Assembly: GCA_002245135.1 (NCBI GenBank)
Contig: NGBS01000587.1
Location: 186,001 to 250,000 of the forward strand
Source of the DNA: Proteromonas lacertae
Taxonomy: Eukaryota
Reading direction: 5' to 3'
DNA length: 64,000 nucleotides
A program made the position numbers and the translations under genes. Shown here one piece after another: positions 1-13,408 of this stretch. The stretch's first letter is position 1; each line of letters opens with the position of its first letter. A model generated the notes under the pieces. The model was not told the origin of the DNA and searched no databases. It saw only the letters and a program-made list of their open reading frames with translations.

Positions 1-129
1 AATTTGGGTTATGAAAATAATTTCATCTATTTTTCTCATTAAATACCCAAAATACAACAATATAATAATCGGTAAAATAAAATATATAATATATAACGAA
101 TATTAAAATATCATAATTTACGTTTCATG

Positions 130-3100
130 TTAATCTTCTACATTTCCGTCTTTCCATTCCTTAAGTCTACAACAACTACAAGAACTTTGTCTTTCAATAT
201 CATCTTCGTTTGTAAACTTAAGGAATTTATGATAGCACACATTCTTACCACATTTTTCACATCTCAAGCAAATACAGCTTTCACCACATGGACAATCTAA
301 TAATGTTTCATTTGGCACTTTTAAAGAACAAGCTTTACATATAAAATCATTTTCATATATAAAACATTGTCTCTTTACCACTTTATGTGAACATTTTTTA
401 CACTTTACTTTAACAGACAAATCTGAATAAAATAAAACCAATTGTTGAATCATTAAATATATTTTTGTATCTTCATTCTTTATTGCTGTACATATTAGCG
501 GTGAACATCTTGTATAAATAATTATATCTCTTTCTTCAGCAACATAAAAGTTGTATACATTCATTGATACAGAATTTTTGAATAATACTCTTGAAATTCT
601 AACATCAATATTCCTTTGGTTTGGATAATCATTTACAAATGGTAATGGCGGTGGTGATTGTGGTTGTTGCTGATGTGGCTGTTTCTGTTTCTGTTGTGTT
701 GGTTTAACTAATGGTAATGGTAATGCAACAGGTGGTGGTGGTAAATTGGGAGACATTAACTCAATAGCTCGTGGTTGTTTTGGCTTTATTACTAATGTTC
801 TACCTTGCTCTGGAAATGGAAATAATCCTCTTCCTAATTCACTGGCTATTAGTTTATTAGGAGTTTTTAATTGGTTTTAATTTCTTCTTTGATATTACCA
901 TTTGGTTTTCTAATACTGGTCCATCATCATATTCATTCATTGAATACACTTTTGAGTTTGATTGAATAGGTTGTGGTGGTGGTGGTGGTGGTGGTAATGG
1001 TAGTTGTACTTGTTGTCTTATCTGTTGTTGTATCATTCTTTGTTCTTGAAGTCCTGGTTGATATAACTCATATTCGGTGGGTATATATTTTCTAACTGGA
1101 ATAAAATCAATTAATCTGTTATTATTTGGTTGTAATTGAATTTGTTGTTGTTGTTGTATTTGATGTATTCTTTCAGGAGATAAGAGAGGTAAATCATTTG
1201 GTATTGGCAATGTTGGTTCAATGTAATTTGAATTATAATCAACTCTTGGAAGAGGTAATGATACTCTCTTATAAGTAGGAAGTGGAAGTGTTTGAGGTTG
1301 ATGTTGCTGTTGTTGATGTGGATTTTGACGTTGTTGTTGATGTTGTTGATTTGTATTAACAAATGGTAACGGAAGTATTTGAATTTGTTGAGGCGGGTTG
1401 AGTTCTATAACCATAATTGTTAGGGTTATTATTAACTACATCATATCCACCATCATCCATCATTTCAGTAACTATCATTTCATTTGGATAGGTTGGTATA
1501 TATTCATTATTATTATTGACATATACACTATTCATTGGCAATTGTGGTGGTTGTGGTAGAGATTGTTGTGATGGTATTGGTAAAGGTAATTGTTGTGGTG
1601 GTGGAGGTGGAGGAAGAGAAGAAGAAGAAGAAGGTGGTGGTGGTTGTTGTTGATATGATTGGTTCATAGATAATCTTGGAATTTTAGTTGGTTGAATATT
1701 ATCATTATCAAATGGATAAGATGCAGATCTTTTAATACTCTTATTTTGATTTGATTGTGAATATTTCTTTTCAATTTTTGCTGCTATTTCTATAATCAAT
1801 CTTTCTTGTTCTTGACTTAATTGAAGATCAGGTTCTTCATTTCTTTGATTTTTACTTTTAATTTGTTCAGTTATTTCAGATAAGAGAGATTGCAGTTGAG
1901 ATAAAGAATCACCTGACTCTTTATTTTCATTAATAATGCTTGCAGATGATGGTAATTCATTTGTTGGAAGTGTTGCTGTTGATGATGTTTTCTTCTTTGT
2001 TAATAACGATTGTAAGTTATTAATTGCATCTAATAACTTTGAACTATCATCATCTTCACTAATAGATGATGATGATGATGATGGAGGTGGTGGTTTGTTG
2101 TTGGATTGATGGAAGTGGTTGTTGTTGTTGGATTTGAATATGAGGATTATCAAGATGATTGACTTGTTTCTCATTTTCTTCATTATTCTTGACAACATCT
2201 TCTTCTTCATCATCTTCAATAATAATTGGCTGTGCTTCTGTTGGATAATTCATAAATGAGGTTTCTTCATTACTATCATATATTTCTGGATCAACTATCT
2301 GCTCAGCATAATCATATTCATTAGTTTCATTTTGTTGTAATTCTTCTTCATTTTCAGATGTTTTTGTTATATTCTGCTGCTTTTGTGGTGAAGTTGTTGC
2401 TGGTGGTTGTGGTGGAGGAGGAGATTGTTGTCTTTGTTCTTGTTGTTGTTGAATTGATGGAAATAACAATTGAGGTGGTAATACACTTGATGACGAAGGT
2501 GGTAATAATTGAGATTGTTTTTGATGTAATAACGAACTTACATCATGTTGAGGATAAGTTAATAACGAAAATGTTGATAAATGATCATTATCAGAGGAAG
2601 AAGTAGTAGTATCAGAAGATTTATCACGATTTAAAAGTAAAGGATATGTTTTCATGTTATTATTTTCTTCTTCTACTACTTCAATTTCTGAATTTTCTCT
2701 TTGATATGACTCAAAGCCACACTTATAGGGTATAATGACTGTATCTTCAAATATAATTGCTGCATTCTCTTTACGGTTATGAATCTTCAGTGAATAAGAA
2801 TCAACGATACCTCCTTCTACTATCACTAAATCATTATACCCTGTAAGTGATTTAAAAGATGGGATTTTTAAGTCTGGTAAATGTCTTTCAATTACATTTG
2901 GATCTGTTAGAGATAAACGTGGTATGAATGGCAATAAATTATATTGAAGATATTGTAATGGGTTGCATATTGCTAATTGTATTCCTTCTACAGATGATTC
3001 TACTTGTTGTTGTTGTTGTTGTATTGGTTGTTTTGGAAGAATTGGTTTTAAAGGTGGAGGTGGTGGTTCTTGTTGAGGTTGTAATTGTCGATGCTGTAGT

Positions 3101-3729
3101 TGTAAAGAGTGTTGTTTAGATTGAGATCGTTGTAATAATGGTAGTGGATTTTCTATCTCCTCAACCTCTGAATCATCATGTAAAGGTGATATTACATCAT
3201 CATCGTCTTTTTTGTTTTTATTGGATTTATTTGTATTATTATTCTTAGGAGGTGGTGTTTTTGACATACTTTCTGCTTCGTTAGGTATAAATCCATTATT
3301 TATATATAAATCTGGGTTTAATGTAGGTGAAGGAGGTATTGGAATGGTATTAGCAAGATGAGGGGGTAAAAGTTGCAAAGGAGGTGGCTGTTCTATACGT
3401 TTTGCTATATTTTCGTGGCATTCTTTACATATATTATCTGTATCGTATTGAAAATCTGAATTAGTTTTGTCTTTATGACACACTTCACAAATTCGGTTTT
3501 CGTCACCAACTCCTAGAAGAATTTTTATATCACGATTTGTATATCCCTTCTTGGTGCATGCTCGACAAACAAAATGTTTTGCATACCTTATAGGACGTGA
3601 TTCATACATGTTTGACTTACATAGAGCACATTTCTTACAACAAGCATCTGAAGGCAGTTTTTGTACCTTCTGACTTTTTATAATATGGATTGGGCTGATT
3701 TTATCAGATTTGTTGGTCACTCTGGACAT
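130..3729 (-). CDS. Large Pro/Gln-rich protein (~1,198 aa) with N-terminal CxxC zinc-finger-like motifs and a C-terminal Cys-rich domain; single gene broken by three +1 insertions
   Basis: ORFs 2059-3729, 1356-2219, 857-1414 and 130-756 join into one frame after removing one base each at ~2094, ~1395 and ~863. N-terminus has CKKC/CALC/CRAC/CEVC/CKEC. C-terminal domain aligns with that of 4946-6241. Confidence 0.75.
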
Positions 3730-4945
3730 TTAAAAACCAAAAGATAAGGTATATAATAAAGAAAATTCGAGGGATTTTTTTCTATATGTTTTAATAATAG
3801 AGTCGTTATAGATTTTGAAACGCTATTTTCTTTACTTCGCAGGATTAAGTTATTATATGAGCAATTATAAACATTCAGAACAAAGTATATGCTAACATCA
3901 TGCCATATCTGCATGAGTTTATGAATTCTGAAAATGGTGATCAAATATTATGAACGCATGTTTAATGAATTGTAAATTGTATATTCTAAATGTATCAAAT
4001 GTAAGATTTGTTTATATGAAGTGATAGTAGTTGTATGCTTTAGAAATGGCTTTACAGATTTTACATTCAAATTATATTTATCTTCTATATAAAATTAAAT
4101 AGTAGATACAGTTGTCAGAAGTGCATCTGTACCATATAAAATCTCCATAATCTTTTTGTTAGTACTAAAATCTAAATTTATTAATGTAAGTTACATATTA
4201 AATTTTGATACTGCATAGGCAATATCTAGATGTATTGATAAATGTTATAACCCCATATTTATATATAGATTGTTTATAATTATTGTTTTTTTGTTTTTTT
4301 ATAATTTTATAAAATCTTTACCATATATATAATATATAAGTATAACATGTGAAGATCAGCAACGTCAGTGACACTTTAATAACACATATTGTAAAAGTCA
4401 TGTAAAAAGAAATCCCTTTTTTTTGGCATATATGTTTATTTTATATGAAGATCACAATAAAATTATTATAATCTTTCATGTATATAGATGTCGAATATAT
4501 TACACATTTGTAAACTCTGATTACTAATCATATCGATATTCTTCTGAATATCTGTAGTTAATTATAAGCTTATTGATATAACACTAAAAAGTTAAATGCA
4601 TATGTATGAATTAAAAAACACTCGTTTTCAAAATACACTAAATAAAGAAAAATATTTCACTTTATGTAAATTTTAAATGTTAATAGTTTTAATAATGCAT
4701 TTATATAATTCATCCCAATATAACTAAAACTCTTCCACGACTTGATGAAAAGTAAACTATATTCACTTTGAAACACCCTCACAAAATAGCATGCATAAGT
4801 ACATAAAGTTATTTATAGCTTATACCACTCGTACTCACGGTAAAAAATTGTATAGTCTTGAAGAAAACAGAAATTTTAAAACAAGGTTGTATAACGGATA
4901 TCTTAAAATAAAAATCATTTTGATATTTTATCATCTTATATATAT

Positions 4946-6241
4946 ATGTCTTGTGCTAAAACGGAATCACCTTTTAGAGTAACACTTAATGGCTTCTTAG
5001 ATAGTGCTACTGAACAAGTTAGACAAAATGTCATCCAAGCAGACAATCAAAAGTCAAAAACACCACTAAACGGAGAAAAAAGCCTAGTTTTACCTATGTT
5101 AGATTATTCCTGTAGAAGATGTAAAACTTGTAAGAAAATCAAGCCAGCAGCTTCTTTTTTCTTACAGAAAGCATCCGGTAAAATAGTTCTCAGTAAAATA
5201 TGTACAATATGCAGAAAAGAATCTCGACAGAGTGCCATTTCTGCCAAATCACCATCAAGCGACACTTGCAAGAAAAAGTTCACTGAACTTAAAGGATCAG
5301 ATACTCCATTCTCTGTGTTACTACCTGCTGGTCATGCCGATATAAGTAAAGTAGAAATTAACGAATTAAGTAAAATAAAGCCAAGTCAAATTGAAATCAA
5401 AGATGATTCTGTTAAAATAGCCGACATAAATACTTTATTTAATATTTATTCACTTGGATATACTAATTTAAACATGATGTATAATATAGAACAATACAAC
5501 ATATATCTATCTTTATTAAGCCAGATGAATCAGTATCCTATGATTCCTCAATTTCCAATCATTTCTCAGACCACATATAACCCAAATCTCCAACAGCAAC
5601 AATTACAACAACACCAACAACAGCAACCAATTATAACTAAACAATTAAAAGATAATAAATCACCTACATCACCGTCATCACCAATTAAAGGTATAGTTAA
5701 CTCTAATGTTGATTTTACTATTTCATTTGCTGAGCTAAAAAATCTCATTCCTGAAGACGTATTTCATGGATTAAAGAAAGAACATCAAACTCAATTGACA
5801 ATCTATTCCAACAATCCTCAAACCGTATTCAAGCTTTTACCTAATTCAGATACAAGAAAATTCACCATAATGAATGAGTTAATTAAATTCTATGAGTTAT
5901 TGACAGTTACTATAAAATGTAATGTATGTAAAGAGACTATACCAAAAATGAATTGTTTTTTACATAAAGATAACTTCATATGTAGAGAATGTTCATTAAA
6001 AGTTGAATCACACGAGTTAGTTGATTGGAATTGTGATAGTATTGATACAGCAAAAGGTAAATGTTTTACTATTCAATGTGTGAGATGTAAACACAGTATT
6101 TGCTATCATAAATACTTGAAATATAACAGAAATGGTGAGATAAAGAGACAAAATACCTGTAGTTATTGTAGATTAAAACAGTGGAGAGATTATTATCTTG
6201 GTATTAGTAATGGAAGTGCATCAATCCTTTCTAATGAATAG
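4946..6241 (+). CDS. Cys-rich putative zinc-binding protein, paralogue of the gene at 130-3729
   Basis: Intronless 431-aa ORF with N-terminal CKTCKKIK...F...CTIC, a poly-Q tract, and C-terminal CNVC..CREC..CVRC..CYHK..CSYC. Confidence 0.85.
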   Translation: MSCAKTESPFRVTLNGFLDSATEQVRQNVIQADNQKSKTPLNGEKSLVLPMLDYSCRRCKTCKKIKPAASFFLQKASGKIVLSKICTICRKESRQSAISAKSPSSDTCKKKFTELKGSDTPFSVLLPAGHADISKVEINELSKIKPSQIEIKDDSVKIADINTLFNIYSLGYTNLNMMYNIEQYNIYLSLLSQMNQYPMIPQFPIISQTTYNPNLQQQQLQQHQQQQPIITKQLKDNKSPTSPSSPIKGIVNSNVDFTISFAELKNLIPEDVFHGLKKEHQTQLTIYSNNPQTVFKLLPNSDTRKFTIMNELIKFYELLTVTIKCNVCKETIPKMNCFLHKDNFICRECSLKVESHELVDWNCDSIDTAKGKCFTIQCVRCKHSICYHKYLKYNRNGEIKRQNTCSYCRLKQWRDYYLGISNGSASILSNE

Positions 6242-6526
6242 AAAGATTCAGCCATTTATGTATATAATAATGTTATATCATTATCAACTATTTATTATTA
6301 TTTATATTCTAAGAATATTAATTCTATTTATTATTTATTTGGAATAATATATTTATTCGAATATTATTATTATTATATTTATTGGAATATTATATTTATC
6401 GAATTTAATTCTTATTATTTATATTGTAAATAATACTTACTATATATCTTTTTTAATATTATTTTTAATGTGTTGTGGAGATAAAAAAAACATAAAATAT
6501 GATAGAATAATCAAAATGATTATTAT

Positions 6527-9347
6527 TTAAATTTTAGTTTCCATTCCCAACTCAGCAAAGAAATTACTTTGTACTTCTTGATTCTCATTCTTTTTTACAT
6601 TTGGTTTATTAGTATGTGTTTTCTTTACTTTCTTCTTCTGTAAACTATCAATTGGTTGTGGAGGAACATATTCAGCTGGTGGTGGAAGTGAAGATTCGAT
6701 TGTTGGTTTTATTTGTCTATATAAATTATCATCTTCTTCCGAATCAAACAATCCACCCATTATTTCATTAGCATCGCTTGTTTCAGGATTAATTAACTTT
6801 CGATAAGCAAATAAACCACACATTAAAATACATCCAACTACAAAGGATATACCAATAATTTCACCAACTCCAATTGTATAACCTTCTTCAATAGCATTAT
6901 CACATAATCCAAATCTTTTAGATTCAACAACAATGTGTGGCTTTTCTTCATTATCAAATGATGTACATTCAACTACATATTCTCTACATGGTTTTACATC
7001 AAAAGTAACTGAGACAGTATTACTACAATCATATTTTTTACCATCTTTTAATAATTCGTCTAATTGTAAAGTTGAATGTGGGAATTTAACTTGACATATT
7101 CCTTTAGAAGGAGCAGTACAAGTTAATGGAATTGTAACTGTTGTAGCACTTGCATCACCTTTAGATGGTAATTGACCTATTTTTACAATTGCTTCATTCA
7201 TTTTATAGATTACTGAAGATCTTGGTTTTGTATCACCTTCTCTATTACCAATACAAATGACACGACGAGAATTAAAATCTTTCGCTGTTTGAATTTTGAT
7301 CATAATGTCAGTTGTACCATTCTTTTCTTTAATTTCTCCTGAAAATTGACTGTTTTCTATTTCAGTGATTGGATAATTTCCTTCTTCTACATCTATATTA
7401 GCTAATACACATTTTATTGTACTTGGATGAGAAGCGCCCACCGTCACTTTAAGTGAATAATTACCGCTCCATTCAACTTTAGGATTAGTTATTGTGTATG
7501 ATTCACCTGCTGGCCATTCAATTGGATTAAATTCTTGAACGGTACTTACTCCATCAGCTTCATAAATACAATAAACAGTATATTTCTTAGATATTTCCAA
7601 ATCTGTCAATTTTATTTCACCATTATCATTTTCTTTCATTTCATTATTAACACCTTCTGACTTTATTCTTTCATTGTCTGGTTTTGGTTCTCCTTCTGCG
7701 TTGGCTATACAATGAGCTTTTCCTGATTTTGTTGATGTTATTGTTACTGTACCAAATGTGCTTTTTCTCCCATTATCACTAATTTTCGCTAATGTACCAG
7801 ATGATGTTGTTGGTGACGATGAAGTTGGCAATGATGTTGGAGGAGGTGGAGTAGTTTGTGTTTGTGATGGTAATACAGTTGGAGGAGGTGGAGTTGTAGG
7901 ATTAATGTTATTATAATTGTTGTTTAAATTGTTGCTATTCATGTTGTTATTGTTATTGAAATTGTTGTTTCCATTGTTAAGATTATTGTTGTTGATATTG
8001 TTACTGAGGTTATTATTGACATTATTGACATTGTTATTGAGGTTATTATTGACATTATTGAGGTTATTGTTATTGAGGTTATTATTGACATTGTTAAGAT
8101 TATTGTTATTATTGACATTGTTATTAACATTGTTGTTGACATTATTGAGGTTATTGTTAACATTACCATTCATGTTGTTATTGTTATTTAAGTTGTTGTT
8201 ATTAACCATATTGTTGTTAAAATTATTATTGACATTGTTATTGAGGTTATTATTAACATTGTTGTTGAAATTGTTATTAATGTTGTTATTATTCATATTA
8301 TCGTTGTTATTTAAGTTATTATTATTATTAACATTACCATTCATGTTATTATTGTTAACATTATTGTTATTTAAGTAATTAGTGTTTACATTGTTATTGT
8401 TGAGGTTGTTATTATTCATGTTATTGTTTTGAACATTACTTGTTGGTAAACTTGTTGCTGTTGTGTTTCTTGATGTAGATTTCTTCAATTTTTCATCATC
8501 ATCATCGTCATCTTCATTATCTTTACCTTTTTCTCCTTCTTTCTGGTTATTACCTGTTGGTGGAATTGTGGTTGGATTGTTGCCAGTTGGTGGAATAGTA
8601 GTTGGATTATTACCTGTTGGTGGAATAGTAGTTGGATTATTGCCAGTTGGTGGAATAGTAGTTGGATTATTACCTGTTGGTGGAATAGTAGTTGGATTGT
8701 TTCCAGTTGGTGGAATAGTAGTTGGATTATTACCATGTTGGTGGAATAGTAGTTGGATTATTACCAGTTGGTGGAATAGTGAGTTGGATTATTACCAGTT
8801 GGTGGAATAGTAGTTGGATTGTTACCAGTTGGTGGAATAGTAGTTGGATTGTTACCAGTTGGTGGAATAGTAGTTGGATTATTACCTGTTGGTGGAATAG
8901 TAGTTGGATTGTTGCCAGTTGGTGGAATAGTAGTTGGATTGTTGCCAGTTGGTGGAATAGTAGTTGGATTATTACCTGTTGGTGGAATAGTAGGTTGGAT
9001 TATTACCATGTTGGTGGAATAGTAGTTGGATTATTACCTGTTGGTGGAATTGTGGTTGGATTGTTACCAGTTGGCGGAATAGTAGTTGGATTATTACCTG
9101 TTGGTGGAATAGTAGTTGGATTGTTTCCAGTTGGTGGAATAGTGGTTGGATTATTACCAGTTGGTGGTGGACTAGTAGCTTTAACTCCTGTAGGCACTAC
9201 AGTTGCAGATTTGACAGTAGTTTCTTCTAAACCTCTCAAGTGACTAACTTTACTAATTGGTTCAGAAAGTACTAAAGTAAATATTACTATTACATTATAT
9301 CACAGAATAATACACAATAGGCCCAAACAATTGGATAAATTCTTCAT
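6527..9347 (-). CDS. Mucin-like type-I membrane surface protein (~929 aa)
   Basis: ATG at 9347; removing a 27-nt GT-AG intron (9287-9313) gives the signal peptide MKNLSNCLGLLLIFTLVLS. Then ~20 PPTGNNPTTI repeats (four +1 insertions), an Asn-rich tract, a Cys-containing ectodomain, a TM helix (IIGISFVVGCILMCGLFAY) and a cytosolic tail. Confidence 0.8.
7910..8430 (-). repeat. Coding low-complexity Asn-rich repeat (N/V/L/M, AAT/AAC-rich)
   Basis: Translation NNNLNNNVNNN... within the surface protein. Confidence 0.95.
8548..9170 (-). repeat. Coding 30-bp minisatellite, ~20 copies (PPTGNNPTTI)
   Basis: Plus-strand unit approximately ttattacctgttggtggaatagtagttgga, tandemly repeated with synonymous variants. 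Confidence 0.97.
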
Positions 9348-9536
9348 TAGTCAGTAGAAATCAATAAAATGAAAGAAATTTGTCCAAAACTGACAAAAAA
9401 TATATTCGTTTTATGGAAACTAAAATATACTTTTCTCACACATTACAGTATAAAACCAACAAAAATTTAAATGATACACTATTTTCAATGATTATTTTCT
9501 TCATTACAATCAAACAAAAAGAAAAATGAAAAAAAA

Positions 9537-9609
9537 TGGTCGGTATGGGGCTCGAACCCATGACCGCCGCCTTATTAGAGCGGTGCTCTACCGACTGAGC
9601 TAACCGACC
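9537..9609 (-). tRNA. tRNA-Ile(AAT)
   Basis: Reverse complement GGTCGGTTAGCTCAGTCGGTAGAGCACCGCTCTAATAAGGCGGCGGTCATGGGTTCGAGCCCCATACCGACCA folds as a cloverleaf with anticodon loop CT-AAT-AA and T-loop GTTCGA. An oligo-T Pol III terminator follows. Confidence 0.95.
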
Positions 9610-9725
9610 TTCAATTTTCATTATGAAATTGTGTTTATAAAATTTATAAATCTCTTTTACTCTCAAAACAACAACAAATATACAATCAGTATCGATAATA
9701 ATAAAAATTATAATAAAATTGGCAT

Positions 9726-10960
9726 TTATATTCCCCAAATATGAATATATCCACTCTTATCACCAGCAATAACACAAGAATTTCTATCATCATAATTCAT
9801 AGTCGTTACAGTGGACAAAGCCAGTCTTTCTTTATCTGAATGAGGTTCAATTGTCTGGATTAATTTCAAAGTCACACTATCATATATCATAATAGAAGGA
9901 CTGTCGTTATTATATATAATTAACTTATCATCATTCAATATGACCAATCCAATAGTATATATTAACTTAACATCAGCTATTTTCACTCCATTTAATTTCC
10001 AACACAATATTCTATTTTTATTTGATAATAGAATAGCTGAATTATCTCTATTTAGTATAATATACCTATCTTTCATAGCTGTATATTTTAACTCAATCTC
10101 TGTTTTGTTTATATAATTGTAAAGTATAATGTTTTCGTTTTCTATACCATAAATTATTGTTTGATTGGTTAATTCAAGTATTTCCATAGATCTTCCTGCA
10201 GGAAGAGGAATTATTTCCATTTCACTCATTTTTTTAGTAACAATGTTAAAAATAGTAAAATTGACAGATGAACCATCAGTTTTATAGATAATTAATATAT
10301 TTTTATAATCTTCGATTTTTATATCTTCTATTCCATTTTTATCTAAGGAGTAGATTTTCATATAGCCTTTTAAACTATAAAACTCAAACTGTTTGTGATT
10401 GTTCACCAATAAGAAATTATCTATCGATGAATAATCAATAAATCCATCTGCTTTAAGTATTAATTTGTGATCTAAATGCATATACTTCATTATGTTCCTA
10501 TTTAACATATACATAGAATTGAATACATTAAATTGACTGATCTAGTCTCCATAAATGTATTGGTGATTAGAATTGAGAATTCCTCTGGATTAAAATAAAT
10601 AGATACAATAATTTCATAAGGATCACTGTTTAAATAACAAATAAATGCTTGGTTTTCTTAAAATATTAAATATAATATTATTCTACTTCTTCTATATGCT
10701 GATGCAACTCCACATTTATTCAATACAAAGTATATCTCTGGTGTAATGGCTATTTCGGTAATTGAACAGCGAGTATCACAATATAATGGAGTATTTTCTC
10801 CTTTAGCGGTTTTAATTGTGTCAACAGATGTCTGCATCAAATAATTATATCAAAGTACTTTATAATTGAAAGAAGGTTTAATATTGTTTATTATTTCTCT
10901 CCTGATGGTGTTTTCTGCTCTAAGTCCGCTACACACGCTTAAATCCAACAACATATTCAT
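9726..10960 (-). CDS. Conserved uncharacterised WD40/beta-propeller-like protein (4 exons)
   Basis: Three 27-30-nt introns join exons: ...SITEIAITPEIYFVLNKCGVASAYRR..ICYLNSDPYE... ending TTMNYDDRNSCVIAGDKSGYIHIWGI (WD-like end). Confidence 0.7.
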
Positions 10961-11276
10961 TTTAATCAATTATAATCAAAAGAAAAAAGGTGATCTAAAC
11001 GACTATATTTTCTATAATTGTTTAATTTTATAGGCGGATTAAACATTTATCATCAAATGGTTTTTGCAATAATATTATGTCTATTAGATATAAACAACAA
11101 CAACAGTTTAAATGTGAGGTTGATTTCAACTAACATGAAGATTTAATGCTTTGAATAAAACTATAATCCTGCTATTCATTTATAACTATCTCTAATACTA
11201 TTCAAATAAACACCATAAACTCATTTTTCAATCAAGAAAATTCAAAAAAAAACGACCAATAATTTTTATAAAACGG

Positions 11277-13214
11277 ATGTATAGAAGTAGTTCAACAAAA
11301 AAGAGGACACTAGTTTCATCTACTAACAGGAGTACTTCACAGTCAAAAACCAGAATAAATAACCCAAGTGTTGGATTAAGTGCTGCAATTAACAATTATA
11401 CAACAAGTGCATCTGCGTATGGATCAGGTATACCGTTAAATTCAAATGGAGCAATATTAAATCATTCGTACATATCAACTGGAGCAAAGAACAATATCTT
11501 AGCAACCAGGAGCTATGGTCAAACAACAGTTGATACAGCTCATAGAAGATCTTCCAATAGCTCTATGGGTCAAAGAAAATCCTCTATAACCTCAGGTTCA
11601 AACCCACTTACTTCAAATATGAATGATAGAAATTTACATTTACCAAATTTAAATAATAAAAGTGATGCATATGAAGTACTACATAAAACACCCAGATTAA
11701 TTAGCAGTAGCAGACAAAATAGCCAAAAAGAAGATTTTGATTCACCTCCCTTTGTAGCTAGAGAAATAAGTAAGCCACCAGTATCTCCATTACAAGTACC
11801 ATTAGATACAACAGCAGATAATGATATGTCATTATACTACTCCACCAAAGCGAAAGATTGTAATTCAGATTCAATTACATTCCAACTCTTAGAAGAAAGG
11901 AAAAAGTCATCTAATAATAACAATAACAGTATTAATAATAAATTATATCAAAATCAACCTTCCAAAATACCAACATTATCAAAATCTAATCATCGTTCTC
12001 ATCATAGTGAACAACAAATACAACCACAACAATCATCTACACCTCCACCACCATCTAATTACAAAAATAATGAGAATAGTTATGATATACCTCATTCTAT
12101 CGAACATATCGGTGATGGCTTATGTGGTCTACAAAATCTTGGTAATACTTGTTTCATGAACTCAATATTACAATGTCTAGCACATATTGTTCCATTACGA
12201 GATTATTTTATAAGTGGTAATTATTTAAACCATTTAAACAAGACCAATCAAAAGAAAGCTGATTTAGCAAGAGCCTTTGCTGGTTTATTGAATGATTTAT
12301 GGAGTAAAGACAGTAAAAACAAGGTAGTAGCTCCATATGATGTAAAGACAGCCATTGGTCGATGTTCAAGACAATTTTCAGGTTATAATCAACAGGATTC
12401 TCATGAGTTTTTAATATTCTTATTAGACTATTTGCATGACAGTGTTAATCAAATAACTAATCCTCCAAAGTATGTAGAAATTGATGATAGTCATATCTCC
12501 TCAACAGATGAAGCAGCTAAATTATGGTGGAATAATTACAAAGAAAGAAATCAATCAATAATCACTGAACTTTTTAGTGGACAAATGCATAGCACTATTA
12601 CTTGTGATGTATGTGGTACTGTCTCTAATAATTATGATCCATTTATTGGTTTACCTGTTCCTTTACCTGGTGGTAGAAATAACAGTTTTAGTAGTAGTTT
12701 AAGTAGTGGTTCAAGTGTTACTTTAGAAGATTGTTTGAATTTATTCACTCAAAGTGAACATTTAAGCGGAATGGATGAAGTATATTGTAGAAAATGTAAA
12801 GGTCACAAATCATCTACTAAAACTAATGAAATCTATAGAGCACCAAAGATACTGATTATTCAATTAAAGAGATTTTCACAAGCATCTTATAGAAGAGATA
12901 AATTATCAACAAGTGTGAAAATACCTAAAGTTGGATTGGATATTACTAAACATATGGCTAGTATACATACATACATATATATATATATTGTTATTATATT
13001 TTAAATAGAAAATGAATGTAAAATATATGATTTAATTGGAATATCAAACCATTCAGGTTCGATGGGATTTGGTCATTATATAGCTAATTGTTTGTCTCCT
13101 AATGATAATAAATGGTATATATTTAATGATTCTCATGTGTCGAGTGATCGAAATAGTTCTACTTGTTATTCTGGTTCAGATCCATATGTGTTATTCTATC
13201 AATTAAGGAAATAG
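11277..13214 (+). CDS. Ubiquitin-specific protease (peptidase C19, USP2/USP8/USP21-like)
   Basis: Cys box GLQNLGNTCFMNSILQCL, QQDSHEF and LKRF. After a 48-nt intron (12961-13008) comes the His box YDLIGISNHSGSMGFGHYIA..WYIFND..PYVLFY, with stop at 13212-13214. Confidence 0.95.
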
Positions 13215-13408
13215 AAGGGGTAATAATAATAGTAAGAATGCTTTTCTTTTATTTCTTTTTTACAATGTAAATTAATATATAAGTTATTTTATTTTATTAT
13301 TTTTATTAGTGTTTTATACTTATTTTATTTTATATAAAAATGGAATTATAATAATGAATGAATGAGTAATTATGATAATAAATAATTCATTTCATTTTAT
13401 TCTTCCTA

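Noticed and set aside
8548..9170. CRISPR-like array
   Set aside because: Units are contiguous 30-bp coding repeats with no unique spacers; eukaryotic context, no cas genes.
7917..9243. Plus-strand Leu/Val-rich ORFs (7917-8378, 8463-8810, 8722-9243)
   Set aside because: Antisense shadows of the Asn-rich and PPTGNNPTTI repeats.
9436..9738. 100-aa ORF
   Set aside because: Spurious frame running through the tRNA-Ile gene.
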